Below, piece after piece: positions 17,778 to 26,525 of a stretch of 32,000 nt of DNA; position 1 is the first letter of the stretch, and each line of letters opens with the position of its first letter. Position numbers and translations under genes: made by a program. Source of the stretch: Staphylothermus hellenicus DSM 12710. GTDB taxonomy: Archaea; Thermoproteota; Thermoprotei_A; Sulfolobales; Desulfurococcaceae. The notes below the pieces were generated by a model, which saw only the letters and a program-made list of their open reading frames with translations, did not search any database and was not told where the DNA came from. Location: contig NC_014205.1 of NCBI RefSeq assembly GCF_000092465.1, positions 1,548,348-1,580,347 of the forward strand, written 5' to 3'.

Positions 17778-17788
17778 CTATATATAAA
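17778..17788 (-). promoter_or_regulatory. TATA-box-like element (TTTATATATAG) upstream of the C/D sRNA candidate
   Basis: On the minus strand TTTATATATAG begins 5 nt after the tRNA-Ser CCA end. It ends 27 nt before the C box, which is the appropriate archaeal TATA-to-TSS distance. Confidence 0.35.
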
Positions 17789-17792
17789 GAAG

Positions 17793-17881
17793 TGGCGCCG
17801 GGGGCGGGATTCGAACCCGCGCGCCCCATATGGGGCACTGGCTCTCCAGGCCAGCCCCTTAGACCGCTCGGGCACCCCGGC
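17793..17881 (-). tRNA. tRNA-Ser (anticodon GGA) with long variable arm and genomically encoded CCA
   Basis: Manual fold: acceptor GCCGGGG/CCCCGGC; D arm CCC-GAGCGGUCUAA-GGG; anticodon stem CUGGC/GCCAG with loop CUGGAGA. The variable arm is GCCCC-AUAU-GGGGC, the T arm is GCGGG-UUCGAAU-CCCGC, the discriminator is G, followed by CCA. The segment is strongly GC-rich in an AT-rich context. Confidence 0.95.
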
Positions 17882-18017
17882 ATTCTAATTATTTATTTCG
17901 CTTATAGAGGGATAAAATGTTTCTCTGGGCTAACAATATTAATATATGTAGTGGGCTTATAAATGAACAAGTTTCTTTTTACAATCTAAGTAAACAATTA
18001 TAGATAAAATAACGTGT

Positions 18018-18329
18018 TTAAAGTTCTATTTCCATCCATATTTCCGGCGGTACTCTGACACGGATAAGTTGTTTCATTACTCTCTCATCTGCTGCAATGT
18101 ATAGTAGTCTTTTATGTATTCTCATTTCCCATTTCTCCCATTTCTTCTTTCCTTCGCCATGGGGTAGTTTAAGTGTTCTTACAACAAGTCTCTTTGTCGG
18201 CAATGGGATTGGCCCAGACATTTTTACTCCAGTACGTTTAACTATATCTGTTATTTTGCTTATGAACTCGTTTAGTATGTTGATGTTGTTGCTCCATATC
18301 TTTATCTTAACCATTCTTGGCGTCGACAT
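18018..18329 (-). CDS. rps10: 30S ribosomal protein S10 (uS10)
   Basis: VKIKIWSNN, GPIPLPTKRL, WEMRIHKRLLYI is present. It lies downstream of tuf, as in the conserved tuf-rps10 pair. Confidence 0.95.
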   Translation of the reverse strand: MSTPRMVKIKIWSNNINILNEFISKITDIVKRTGVKMSGPIPLPTKRLVVRTLKLPHGEGKKKWEKWEMRIHKRLLYIAADERVMKQLIRVRVPPEIWMEIEL

Positions 18330-18439
18330 TTCTTTCTACGCCTCAGCATATCAATGAGTTATGAGGGTTTATAGAGATATTGGTTGTTTATGTTTAGAAA
18401 AATTTTTTTTGTTGAGACCATTTGTTAAATGCTTGTTTT

Positions 18440-19756
18440 TTACTTTGTCTTTATCTCGATCTTCATTGGTTTAACATCTACTACTATTCCGATACCTATT
18501 GTTTTACCCATGTCTCTCATAGCGAATCTTCCTAGGGGTGGGAAGTCACTGTATTTCTCAACTACTAGTGGCTTAATAGGCTTGAATCTCACGATTGCTG
18601 CATCGCCCATTTTAAGGAACTGCGGGTTTTCTTCAACTACCTTACCAGTTCTGGGATCTAGTTTGGCTTTAATCTCCACTATTCTACTAGCTACGCTGGC
18701 TGTGTGTATATGTATTACTGGTGTGTATCCAACAGTAACAGCTGTTGGATGCCATATTATGAATACTCTTGCTGTGAATTCTTCTGCTACTGTTGGCGGA
18801 TTATCTGGGTGTCCTGTAACATCTCCGCGTCTAATGTCTCTCTTTGAAACGCCACGTACATTGAATCCGATATTGTCTCCTGGCTCGGCTTTCTCTATTC
18901 TTACATGGTGGGTCTCAATGCTACGTACTTCACCGACCTTTGCCGGCGGCATAAATACTACTCTATCTCCAACTTTTAATACACCTGTTTCAACACGTCC
19001 AACTGGTACTGTACCAACACCGCTAATGGCGTAGACGTCCTGTATAGGTATTCTTAGTGGTTTATCTATAGGCTTCGGTGGCGGCTCTAAACTATCCAGT
19101 GCCTCAACTAGGGTTGGACCATTGTACCATGGCATATTAGGTGATCTCTCGATAAGGTTGTCTCCAGTCCATGCGGATACAGGGATAAATGGGATCTTGC
19201 TTATATCGTAGCCTAGGCTCTTCAAGAATTTTCCTAGAACAGTTTTTATTTGCTCATATCTCTTCTGGCTCCATGGAGGCTCTGTTGCATCCATCTTGTT
19301 TACTGCAACAATTAACTGGTTTATACCCATTGTCTTGGCCAAGATGGCGTGTTCACGTGTCTGCCCTTCAGGGCTCATACCTGCTTCGAACTCACCTTTA
19401 CGAGCACTTACCACTAATAATGCTGCATCTGCCTGGCTCGCACCTGTAATCATGTTCTTAACGAAGTCTCTGTGTCCTGGTGCATCAATGATTGTGAAGA
19501 TGTATTTTCTAGTTTCGAATTTCATGTAGGTTAACGCTATTGTTACTCCGCGCTCACGCTCTTCTTTAAGCTTGTCAAGTAACCATGCATACTTGAAGCT
19601 TTCTTTACCCCTCTTCTTAGCCTCTTCTTCCAGCATTTGTATTGTTTTCTGGTCAATAAGTCCTAGTCGATACAATATGTGTCCTACTAATGTGCTCTTA
19701 CCATGGTCTACGTGCCCGATTACTACTAGGTTCAAGTGTGGTTTTTCAGAGCTCAT
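18440..19756 (-). CDS. tuf: Translation elongation factor EF-1 alpha (aEF1A)
   Basis: GHVDHGKST, DAPGHRDF and NKMD are present, and the architecture is full length at 438 aa. Confidence 0.97.
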   Translation of the reverse strand: MSSEKPHLNLVVIGHVDHGKSTLVGHILYRLGLIDQKTIQMLEEEAKKRGKESFKYAWLLDKLKEERERGVTIALTYMKFETRKYIFTIIDAPGHRDFVKNMITGASQADAALLVVSARKGEFEAGMSPEGQTREHAILAKTMGINQLIVAVNKMDATEPPWSQKRYEQIKTVLGKFLKSLGYDISKIPFIPVSAWTGDNLIERSPNMPWYNGPTLVEALDSLEPPPKPIDKPLRIPIQDVYAISGVGTVPVGRVETGVLKVGDRVVFMPPAKVGEVRSIETHHVRIEKAEPGDNIGFNVRGVSKRDIRRGDVTGHPDNPPTVAEEFTARVFIIWHPTAVTVGYTPVIHIHTASVASRIVEIKAKLDPRTGKVVEENPQFLKMGDAAIVRFKPIKPLVVEKYSDFPPLGRFAMRDMGKTIGIGIVVDVKPMKIEIKTK

Positions 19757-19951
19757 ACTAATCTACCCCCATTCATGTCATTTAACCTACTCCGTTTAAA
19801 TACATGTTTAGGGTTTTTATAATATACTCTACACTATGCTAGAAATACTAATTCGATATAGTACTTATAAAGCTATCCTTAAAGAACTTTGTTATATGTT
19901 GAAAACAGTTTTATAGAATATAGGATATCCTATGAGAAGAAATGTTATTCT

Positions 19952-20551
19952 TTATCTGCTGCTGAGAGCTATTCTTTCTATTTCTTCTTTCTTCTGGATA
20001 GCATAGCTTCTCGAATCATTGTTTGCTGCTAAAATTATTTCCTCCGCTAATGCTTCCTCTATTGGTAGAGGGTTATTAAATGATTTATTACGGGCTCCAT
20101 CAGTTAAATGCTTCAATGCTAAATCAATTCTTCTCTGAGGAGCAATATCGACTGCTACATGATAAACAATACCGCCATACATTATCCTAGTGGTTTCTTC
20201 TCTTGGCGCAGCATATTCTATTGCTCGAATAAGAACTTGTATAGGGTTCTCTCCTGTTTTCAAATATATTAAGTCAAAGGCTTTCTTTACAATGTTATAA
20301 GCTAAGTGTTTCTTACCAGTATTCCTGCCAGGCCTCATCACTTTGTTTATGAGCCTTTCAACTATTGGTACCTCGGCCTTGCCAAACCTGCGGTGCTCGT
20401 GTCTTCCACCAGTGTGGGGTAGGAATACTGGTTTTAAACAAATATATCTTTTCAAACCAGGATCTCTCACTATAATGTTATCATAGCTCCATTTACCAAA
20501 TAGTTTAATCTTATTAACTTTTACAACAACGCTTTCCTCAGCCAATACCAT
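19952..20551 (-). CDS. rps7: 30S ribosomal protein S7 (uS7)
   Basis: [25 protein letters not shown] and the C-terminal [12 protein letters not shown] are present. Confidence 0.95.
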   Translation of the reverse strand: MVLAEESVVVKVNKIKLFGKWSYDNIIVRDPGLKRYICLKPVFLPHTGGRHEHRRFGKAEVPIVERLINKVMRPGRNTGKKHLAYNIVKKAFDLIYLKTGENPIQVLIRAIEYAAPREETTRIMYGGIVYHVAVDIAPQRRIDLALKHLTDGARNKSFNNPLPIEEALAEEIILAANNDSRSYAIQKKEEIERIALSSR

Positions 20552-20710
20552 TCACCGTTTCTTTTCTGCAATACCAAAACTATTATATCACCCTTAAAAC
20601 TCTTACGCGTAAAAACTTATCTGTTAAGCTAAATAAGGTGTTTAAACCACAATTCATATACTGTAGACTGTAAAATTTAACAATATATCTGTACGTGGAG
20701 GAGGTAATAT

Positions 20711-21235
20711 TTGGAAGAAGATCTTATAAGAGTTGTAGATGTGTCAGGAGAAATAGTGTTTGATAGATTATTCATTCCTAGAATAGTGTGTTTATTAGAA
20801 GACGGCAGGTTCTTCATATTAGAACGTGTTCCCTTCGACATAGTTGTGAGCCTGAAAAAACTTGATGGGGAAGAAATGGGGGATGAACGTGAGAGATTAG
20901 TAGATGTTTTATCAAGTATGCCTGATATATTGGATATTTTAGGAAAACATTTAAAAAGAGTCGTTATTAACGAAATAGATTCTAAAACAGGAGTATACAG
21001 TGCTATAGCTGAGTTCTCAGATGGGAACATGGCTATTAAGAGAAAAATGGTTCCTAGCCACGCAATATTTCTTGCTAAACTAACAAATAAACCAATATAT
21101 GTCAAGAAAGAACTTGTAGATCAACAGGAGGAATTCAGACTTTTAACTTCCACAGATGCTAGTGATGAAATAGATGATGAGGAATACGAGAACGACGAGG
21201 ACTATACAGATATAGGTCGTGAAGATATATTTTAA
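20711..21235 (+). CDS. Divergent bifunctional-nuclease-like (DUF151/BFN) domain protein with an acidic C-terminal tail
   Basis: The start is a TTG preceded by GGAGGAGGT at 5-nt spacing. The core aligns by eye to the DUF151 pattern. Matching segments are IVCLLEDGRFFILE, LVDVLSSMPDILDILGKHLKRVVINEID..GVYSAIAEF and KMVPSHAIFLAKLTNKPIYVKKELVD. The usual RP.THDL motif is replaced by ERERLVDVL. The last 35 aa are rich in D/E (DASDEIDDEEYENDEDYTDIGREDIF). Confidence 0.7.
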   Translation: MEEDLIRVVDVSGEIVFDRLFIPRIVCLLEDGRFFILERVPFDIVVSLKKLDGEEMGDERERLVDVLSSMPDILDILGKHLKRVVINEIDSKTGVYSAIAEFSDGNMAIKRKMVPSHAIFLAKLTNKPIYVKKELVDQQEEFRLLTSTDASDEIDDEEYENDEDYTDIGREDIF

Positions 21236-21284
21236 TTAGACGTATTAATTTTTAGAACTTATGACTTTATAAAATTATGATGTT

Positions 21285-21728
21285 CTACCTTACAGGTTTT
21301 TGTTTCTTACCCAGATATAATGCTTTCAATGATACACCATTAACCATTATCACCCTATATCTAACACCGGGAATATCACCCATGGAGCGTCCGCGGGGTC
21401 CTCCAATACCCTCAATAACTACTTCATCGTGTTCATCAATATAGTTTATACCGCCATCGAATGGGACAAATGCTGTCACAACTTTTCCATTCTTTGCTAA
21501 TTGGACACGGACACATTTACGTACAGCAGAGTTAGGCTGTCTCGCTTCTACACCGACTTTTTCCAATACTATTCCACGTGCCATTGGAGCTCCTTCTAAT
21601 GGGTCATGTTTCTTTTTCAATCCAAGCATTTTTATTTTGAATTCTCTCTGGCTCCACCTAAACTTTAGCCTTTTCCTCCTAAGTTTTCTAGCCGCAAATA
21701 ATCCATTTGGCGCTTTTTTCCCAGCCAT
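21285..21728 (-). CDS. rps12: 30S ribosomal protein S12 (uS12)
   Basis: [32 protein letters not shown] and IPGVRY.VI..NGVSL are present. Confidence 0.96.
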   Translation of the reverse strand: MAGKKAPNGLFAARKLRRKRLKFRWSQREFKIKMLGLKKKHDPLEGAPMARGIVLEKVGVEARQPNSAVRKCVRVQLAKNGKVVTAFVPFDGGINYIDEHDEVVIEGIGGPRGRSMGDIPGVRYRVIMVNGVSLKALYLGKKQKPVR

Positions 21729-21808
21729 GATTTCTCATCTCATAACTTTGTTCTCAAGCCTAGTATCGAATTCTCTATATGGTCTTTTTAAAATTATTCT
21801 TTTCAGAC

Positions 21809-22261
21809 TTAAGCGATTATTACAGCATCTATTCCATGGTAACGTTTAAGTATTATTTTTGCTCTTGCAACGTTTTTACCTCCTCTACCTATCGCCATAC
21901 CTTTATCGTTTGGCTCAACACTTACGTAGACTACTTTTTTGCCTCCTGGCCTATTAGTTATTCTTACTTCTCTTATTCTAGCCGGTGCTAATGCGTATCT
22001 TACCTGCTCCTCTAGATCATCACTATACCCTACAATTTCAATGTTTTTGCCTAGGAGTTTTCTAAGTTTTTGAACATATAATCCTCGTGGACCAACAGCT
22101 TTTCCTACTTCATCGGGGTTTACTAGGAATATTATTCGGTTGTTTTCTTCGTCTATAATACAGTCTCTAACATGGACTCCTGTTAATTCATGGAGTAATG
22201 CCATATATCTGAATTCTTCCGGGGTAAGCTTTATTTGTGGCCGATCATTTTTCCTACTCAC
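21809..22261 (-). CDS. nusA: NusA-like transcription factor (two KH domains)
   Basis: [21 protein letters not shown] and [24 protein letters not shown] are KH GXXG motifs. The position between rpl30e and rps12 is conserved. Confidence 0.92.
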   Translation of the reverse strand: MSRKNDRPQIKLTPEEFRYMALLHELTGVHVRDCIIDEENNRIIFLVNPDEVGKAVGPRGLYVQKLRKLLGKNIEIVGYSDDLEEQVRYALAPARIREVRITNRPGGKKVVYVSVEPNDKGMAIGRGGKNVARAKIILKRYHGIDAVIIA

Positions 22262-22581
22262 TCACTCTCCTCCTCCACAATCTCTAAAATATTTGATTGT
22301 CCGGGATCAACTATAGCCATCGCGGATACACCGAAGGGTTTACCTGCAAGAGTTCCAAGCTCTATGTTTGTTCCAGGAAACTTGTAAATAGGTATTTTTG
22401 ATAATTTAGCATAGTATTCAATGTCTCTTTTAATTTCAGGAGGAGCATTTGCTGCGATAACCACTAGTTTAGCTTTTCCATGCAGTACCAGCTTTATTGT
22501 TCTTTTACTCCCCAATATTACTTCTCCTGTCTTAATAGCCATTTGAAGCGCTCTTATGAAATCTATTGAAGATGAAGACAT
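22258..22581 (-). CDS. rpl30e: 50S ribosomal protein L30e (eL30)
   Basis: [26 protein letters not shown] and [25 protein letters not shown] are present. There is a 4-nt overlap with nusA. Confidence 0.94.
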   Translation of the reverse strand: MSSSSIDFIRALQMAIKTGEVILGSKRTIKLVLHGKAKLVVIAANAPPEIKRDIEYYAKLSKIPIYKFPGTNIELGTLAGKPFGVSAMAIVDPGQSNILEIVEEESE

Positions 22582-22588
22582 TTAATAA

Positions 22589-23863
22589 TCACCTTTTCTC
22601 CTCATTATTTTTATTAATAACTATTGCTTCTATACTTTCATCCTCTAATTCTTCTACCTCTTCTTTAACTTTATGGGGCATCATAAGTATTTCAACGATA
22701 CCCGTACCTACAGGTACTGGTTGACCAATTATTACGTTTTCAGTCACACCTTTAAGCATATCTATGTCTCCTTCAACAGCTGCTTCGACTAGTTTTTGAA
22801 CAGTCATTTCAAAAGTAGCTCTGGCAAGCACGCTTGGCTTCTCCCCTGCAATACCCATTCTACCAACTTGTCTGATTTTACCTGTCCATGTCATCATGTC
22901 TGCTAATAGTATTAAGTGTCTTATATCGACATCCAAGCCTTGATCTTCAAGTACGTTCTTTGTCTCACGTATTATAGCGGCTCTTGCAGCTTCTATTCCC
23001 AGGATCTCTTCTATTTCAGCAATGTTATTAGTATATACTTTGCGATAATCTACTCCAGGCACTTTCATTACTTCGGCTAAATTGCTTCCCTCAGCAACCA
23101 ATATATACTCATTTCCTCTCTTCTGAATAATTACTTTTGTAATGCCCTTGATCCCCTTGATCTTAGTATTTGCTATTTTGGTCCGGATCTTTTCTACTTT
23201 TGTATAATCGACTTTCTCTGGTTTAAGAGCTATATGGACTATGTAGGGATCTTCTGGATCCACGTATACGTTTCCAAGTTTTAGTTTTTCTAGAACTTTA
23301 GCAACCTCGTCAACACTTATCCCCTTATCGCCGAGCATTTCGGGGTCGAGAACAATTGTTGCACCCTCATATGGATCAACATTGATTTCTTCTGATACAT
23401 TTTCAATTGTTGTGCTTTCAATCATTCTAGCAACTTTTTTAGCTTTCTCCTCATCATATTTGTGTTTCTCATCTAGTGGTATCTCCATAATTGGTGTTCC
23501 AGGCTTTTTCCTGGCATCGACTATTTCGATAAGTCTTGGTAAGCCCAGTGTTACATTGAATTCACGTACTCCAGCATAGTGGAATGTTCTTAAAGTCATC
23601 TGTGTTGATGGTTCTCCTATGCTTTGTGCAGCAACTGTTCCCACAGGTTCTCCTGGTTCTACCTGGCTTCTCAAATATCTATCTATAGTTTCTTTGATTA
23701 TTGCTTTTACTTCATCAATATATAATCCATGCTCTTTATATGTCTCTTTGAGTTTTTCTCGGAGTTCTTCATATACTTTATTGCTTACTTTTCCTTGTAG
23801 TTCTTTTTCCAACAGGGTTTCTAATTGTTTAATTGATCTTATTTTTTTCCTCATATTCTCCAC
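22589..23863 (-). CDS. rpoA2: DNA-directed RNA polymerase subunit A'' (Rpo1C)
   Basis: [29 protein letters not shown] (trigger-loop region) is present. The C-terminal acidic tail is somewhat longer than in Sulfolobus-type homologues. Confidence 0.96.
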   Translation of the reverse strand: MENMRKKIRSIKQLETLLEKELQGKVSNKVYEELREKLKETYKEHGLYIDEVKAIIKETIDRYLRSQVEPGEPVGTVAAQSIGEPSTQMTLRTFHYAGVREFNVTLGLPRLIEIVDARKKPGTPIMEIPLDEKHKYDEEKAKKVARMIESTTIENVSEEINVDPYEGATIVLDPEMLGDKGISVDEVAKVLEKLKLGNVYVDPEDPYIVHIALKPEKVDYTKVEKIRTKIANTKIKGIKGITKVIIQKRGNEYILVAEGSNLAEVMKVPGVDYRKVYTNNIAEIEEILGIEAARAAIIRETKNVLEDQGLDVDIRHLILLADMMTWTGKIRQVGRMGIAGEKPSVLARATFEMTVQKLVEAAVEGDIDMLKGVTENVIIGQPVPVGTGIVEILMMPHKVKEEVEELEDESIEAIVINKNNEEKR

Positions 23864-26523
23864 CCTATAATTTTCTCTATTACGCGTTCAACTTTCACAG
23901 CTTCTCCATGATCACTCTTCATGGGATCTACGCCGTCTTCTCCATAAGCAAATTGTATTATTTCTCCAGTGGGTAATCTCACTGTTCCATCATATTCTAC
24001 TCTTAGATCTTGCAGTGCATTTATGAGCCTTCTCTGCATGTAGCCGCTCTGGCTTGTACGGACAGCAGTATCTGTTAATCCTTCACGGCCGGCTGCAGCG
24101 TGGAAGAATACTTCTATCGGGTTTAATCCGTCAACGAATCCATGCGCTACAAATCCTCTTGCTTCCGGACCTAGATCTCCTGGTTTGAAGTGAGGCAGTG
24201 TACGGTGCATGTATCCCCTAGTTATTCTTCTACCACGGATTGTTTGTTGCCCCAATAATGCAGCCATCTGGGTAAGGTTTACTGGGTTTCCACGTGCTCC
24301 TGTACGAGCCATTATTATTACTGGGTTTGATAATTTGAAGTATGGTATTATAGTGTCTGCTACATCGTCTAGTAGTTTCTTAGATAGCAAATCTATTATT
24401 TCATCTTCAAGTGTCTCCTCAATTGTTCTACCGGGTCTAGGCTCAAGTTCTCCTCGACGATATTTTTCTATTAACTCGTATACTTCTTTCTTCTTTTCTT
24501 CAATAACTTCTAGTACTCTCTTCTTAGCTTCCGGTGGAAGTAGTAAGTGTGAATATCCCATTGTGAATCCATATTTCTCCGCAAATCTTAGAAACATTTT
24601 ATATACATAGTCCATGAATAATCTAGCTATATCTTCTCCATATTCTTTGACTAGCCAGTGTATTAGGCTCTCCGGTTCTTCGCGTCCAATACTTGCTTTA
24701 TCCAATACACCCTCTAAAAGCACTCCATTCTTAACAATAACAAGGCTGTCATGGGGGCAATCTTCATCTATACATCTCAAAGCGGTTGCACCAGCTATTT
24801 TAGCTGGTCTTTTATAGTTGAAATCGTCTGGAAGGAATAAGCTGATTAACTGTTTACCTGTCCAGTACTGTTTCGGCTTAAGTATTGCTGGCTCCGGTAA
24901 TTTTCCACGATAACCAGCAACTCCGAGAAGCTCTATTACATCTTCACGTGTTAGAAGAGTTGATTTACTTGTTAACAAGAATGCTCCGCTAATATAGTCT
25001 TGTAAACCACCAATAATTGGTCCTCCATAGCGTGGTGTTAGAATATGTTTTTCGACAAGCATCAACATTCTTGCTTCAGCACGTGCTTCTTCACTTTGTG
25101 GAACATGGAGATTCATTTCGTCCCCGTCAAAGTCGGCGTTATATGGTGGGCAAACAAGTAGGTTTAATCTAAAAGTCTTATATGGCAGAACTCTTACTAC
25201 GTGAGCCATGATCGAGATCCTATGCAGTGATGGTTGTCGGTTAAATAATACTATATCTCCATCTCTAAGATGCCTCTCAACTATAAAGCCTGGTGCTAGG
25301 GTTTCAGCCATTGCTTTTCGATCAACGTATTTTAGGCTTATCCTTCTACCATCTGGTCTAATAACATAGTTTGCTCCAGGCCACTTATCTGGCCCGTTAA
25401 GAACAAGTCTCCTCATTTCCTCAATATTCCATGGAGTCACTCTTTCAGGAACTGTTAGTATTTTAGCAACAACTTCGGGAACACCTACTTCATTAATGCT
25501 TAGGTTGGGATCTGGGCTAATCACGGTACGAGCTGAGAAATCAACACGTTTACCTCTTAGGTTTCCACGGAACCTTCCTTCTTTACCTTTAAGTCTCTGT
25601 GCAAGGCCTTTCAGTACTTTACCGCTGCGATGCCTTGCAACAGGTATTCCTGGCGCTTCATTATCGAAATATGTTGTTACATGGTATTGTAGAAGCTCCC
25701 ATTCATCCTCTATAATAGCGTTTGGTGCGCCGGACTCTATGTGTTCTCTTAACCTATTATTTATACGGATAATATCTACTAGTTTATGTGTTAAATCATC
25801 CTCGCTCCTAATACCTGTCTCTAAAAGTATTGATGGCCTAACAGAGCGGGGTGGAACAGGTAGAACTGTTAAAACCATCCATTCAGGACGAGCATCTACT
25901 GGGTCTCCACCTAGTAATCTAACGTCTTCATCAAGTATCTTCTCCAGCCTAGCACGTACTTCTATGGGATTTAGTTTGACATATCCCTCCTCGCCGCGAT
26001 CCTCGTAGAAGGTGTGTGGTTTCTCAAGTCTAATCTTATATTGTTTAGCTCCACAATGAGGGCATCTCTGTGTAGCTGCTGCTTTTCTCCGTATATATTC
26101 ATGTAATCTTTTAACAAGATAGTCTAATCCAAGTTCTTTAAGTGAATTTAATAGTTCTAAGTATTTTTTCCTCTCTTCTTCTTTGATCTTTATTCTTCCA
26201 CATACTCTACAAGTTGTTTTCAAATACATGTGAATATGTTTGACAAAGCTTACATGAATAACTGGTCTAGCAAGTTCTATGTGTCCAAAGTGTCCTGGAC
26301 AGCTTTCACGGGTATTTCCACATACGGGACAGACTTCTCGAGGCTCTATTGCACCTAGTCTTCTATCCATTACTCCTCCATCAATAGGTGCTCCATCATT
26401 ATCATATACTTCGCTTGTAATAATTGTTGTAACACTCATTTTCCTTATTTCTTCAGGCGATAAAATCCCGAATTTAATCGCTGAAATACGGGTTGGAATC
26501 GGGGTTTTCACTGGGATGATCAC
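23851..26523 (-). CDS. rpoA1: DNA-directed RNA polymerase subunit A' (Rpo1N)
   Basis: [15 protein letters not shown], zinc motifs CPVCG...[10 protein letters not shown] and the catalytic [12 protein letters not shown] are present. The track start GTG at 26523 is inside the Shine-Dalgarno motif GAGGTGATC. The in-frame GTG at 26511 is the more likely start. Confidence 0.96.
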   Translation of the reverse strand: MIIPVKTPIPTRISAIKFGILSPEEIRKMSVTTIITSEVYDNDGAPIDGGVMDRRLGAIEPREVCPVCGNTRESCPGHFGHIELARPVIHVSFVKHIHMYLKTTCRVCGRIKIKEEERKKYLELLNSLKELGLDYLVKRLHEYIRRKAAATQRCPHCGAKQYKIRLEKPHTFYEDRGEEGYVKLNPIEVRARLEKILDEDVRLLGGDPVDARPEWMVLTVLPVPPRSVRPSILLETGIRSEDDLTHKLVDIIRINNRLREHIESGAPNAIIEDEWELLQYHVTTYFDNEAPGIPVARHRSGKVLKGLAQRLKGKEGRFRGNLRGKRVDFSARTVISPDPNLSINEVGVPEVVAKILTVPERVTPWNIEEMRRLVLNGPDKWPGANYVIRPDGRRISLKYVDRKAMAETLAPGFIVERHLRDGDIVLFNRQPSLHRISIMAHVVRVLPYKTFRLNLLVCPPYNADFDGDEMNLHVPQSEEARAEARMLMLVEKHILTPRYGGPIIGGLQDYISGAFLLTSKSTLLTREDVIELLGVAGYRGKLPEPAILKPKQYWTGKQLISLFLPDDFNYKRPAKIAGATALRCIDEDCPHDSLVIVKNGVLLEGVLDKASIGREEPESLIHWLVKEYGEDIARLFMDYVYKMFLRFAEKYGFTMGYSHLLLPPEAKKRVLEVIEEKKKEVYELIEKYRRGELEPRPGRTIEETLEDEIIDLLSKKLLDDVADTIIPYFKLSNPVIIMARTGARGNPVNLTQMAALLGQQTIRGRRITRGYMHRTLPHFKPGDLGPEARGFVAHGFVDGLNPIEVFFHAAAGREGLTDTAVRTSQSGYMQRRLINALQDLRVEYDGTVRLPTGEIIQFAYGEDGVDPMKSDHGEAVKVERVIEKIIGWRI

Positions 26524-26525
26524 CT

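Noticed and set aside
18429-19034. 201-aa plus-strand ORF antisense to tuf, plus those at 19189-19449, 19296-19529 and 19572-19799
   Set aside because: These are antisense shadows of a highly conserved gene with low-complexity hydrophobic/Ser-Thr composition.
20677-21105. 142-aa minus-strand ORF overlapping the BFN-like gene
   Set aside because: It is low-complexity (S/T/I/L-rich) and lacks a Shine-Dalgarno motif. The plus-strand ORF has a strong Shine-Dalgarno motif and family-like motifs, so the plus strand is taken as coding.
25496-26008. 170-aa plus-strand ORF antisense to rpoA'. Others of the same kind lie at 24209-24610, 24614-24817, 26279-26605, 27028-27399 and 27997-28311, antisense to rpoA'/rpoB
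   Set aside because: These are shadow ORFs. They are Ser/Leu/Pro-rich and are explained by codon bias of the sense genes.
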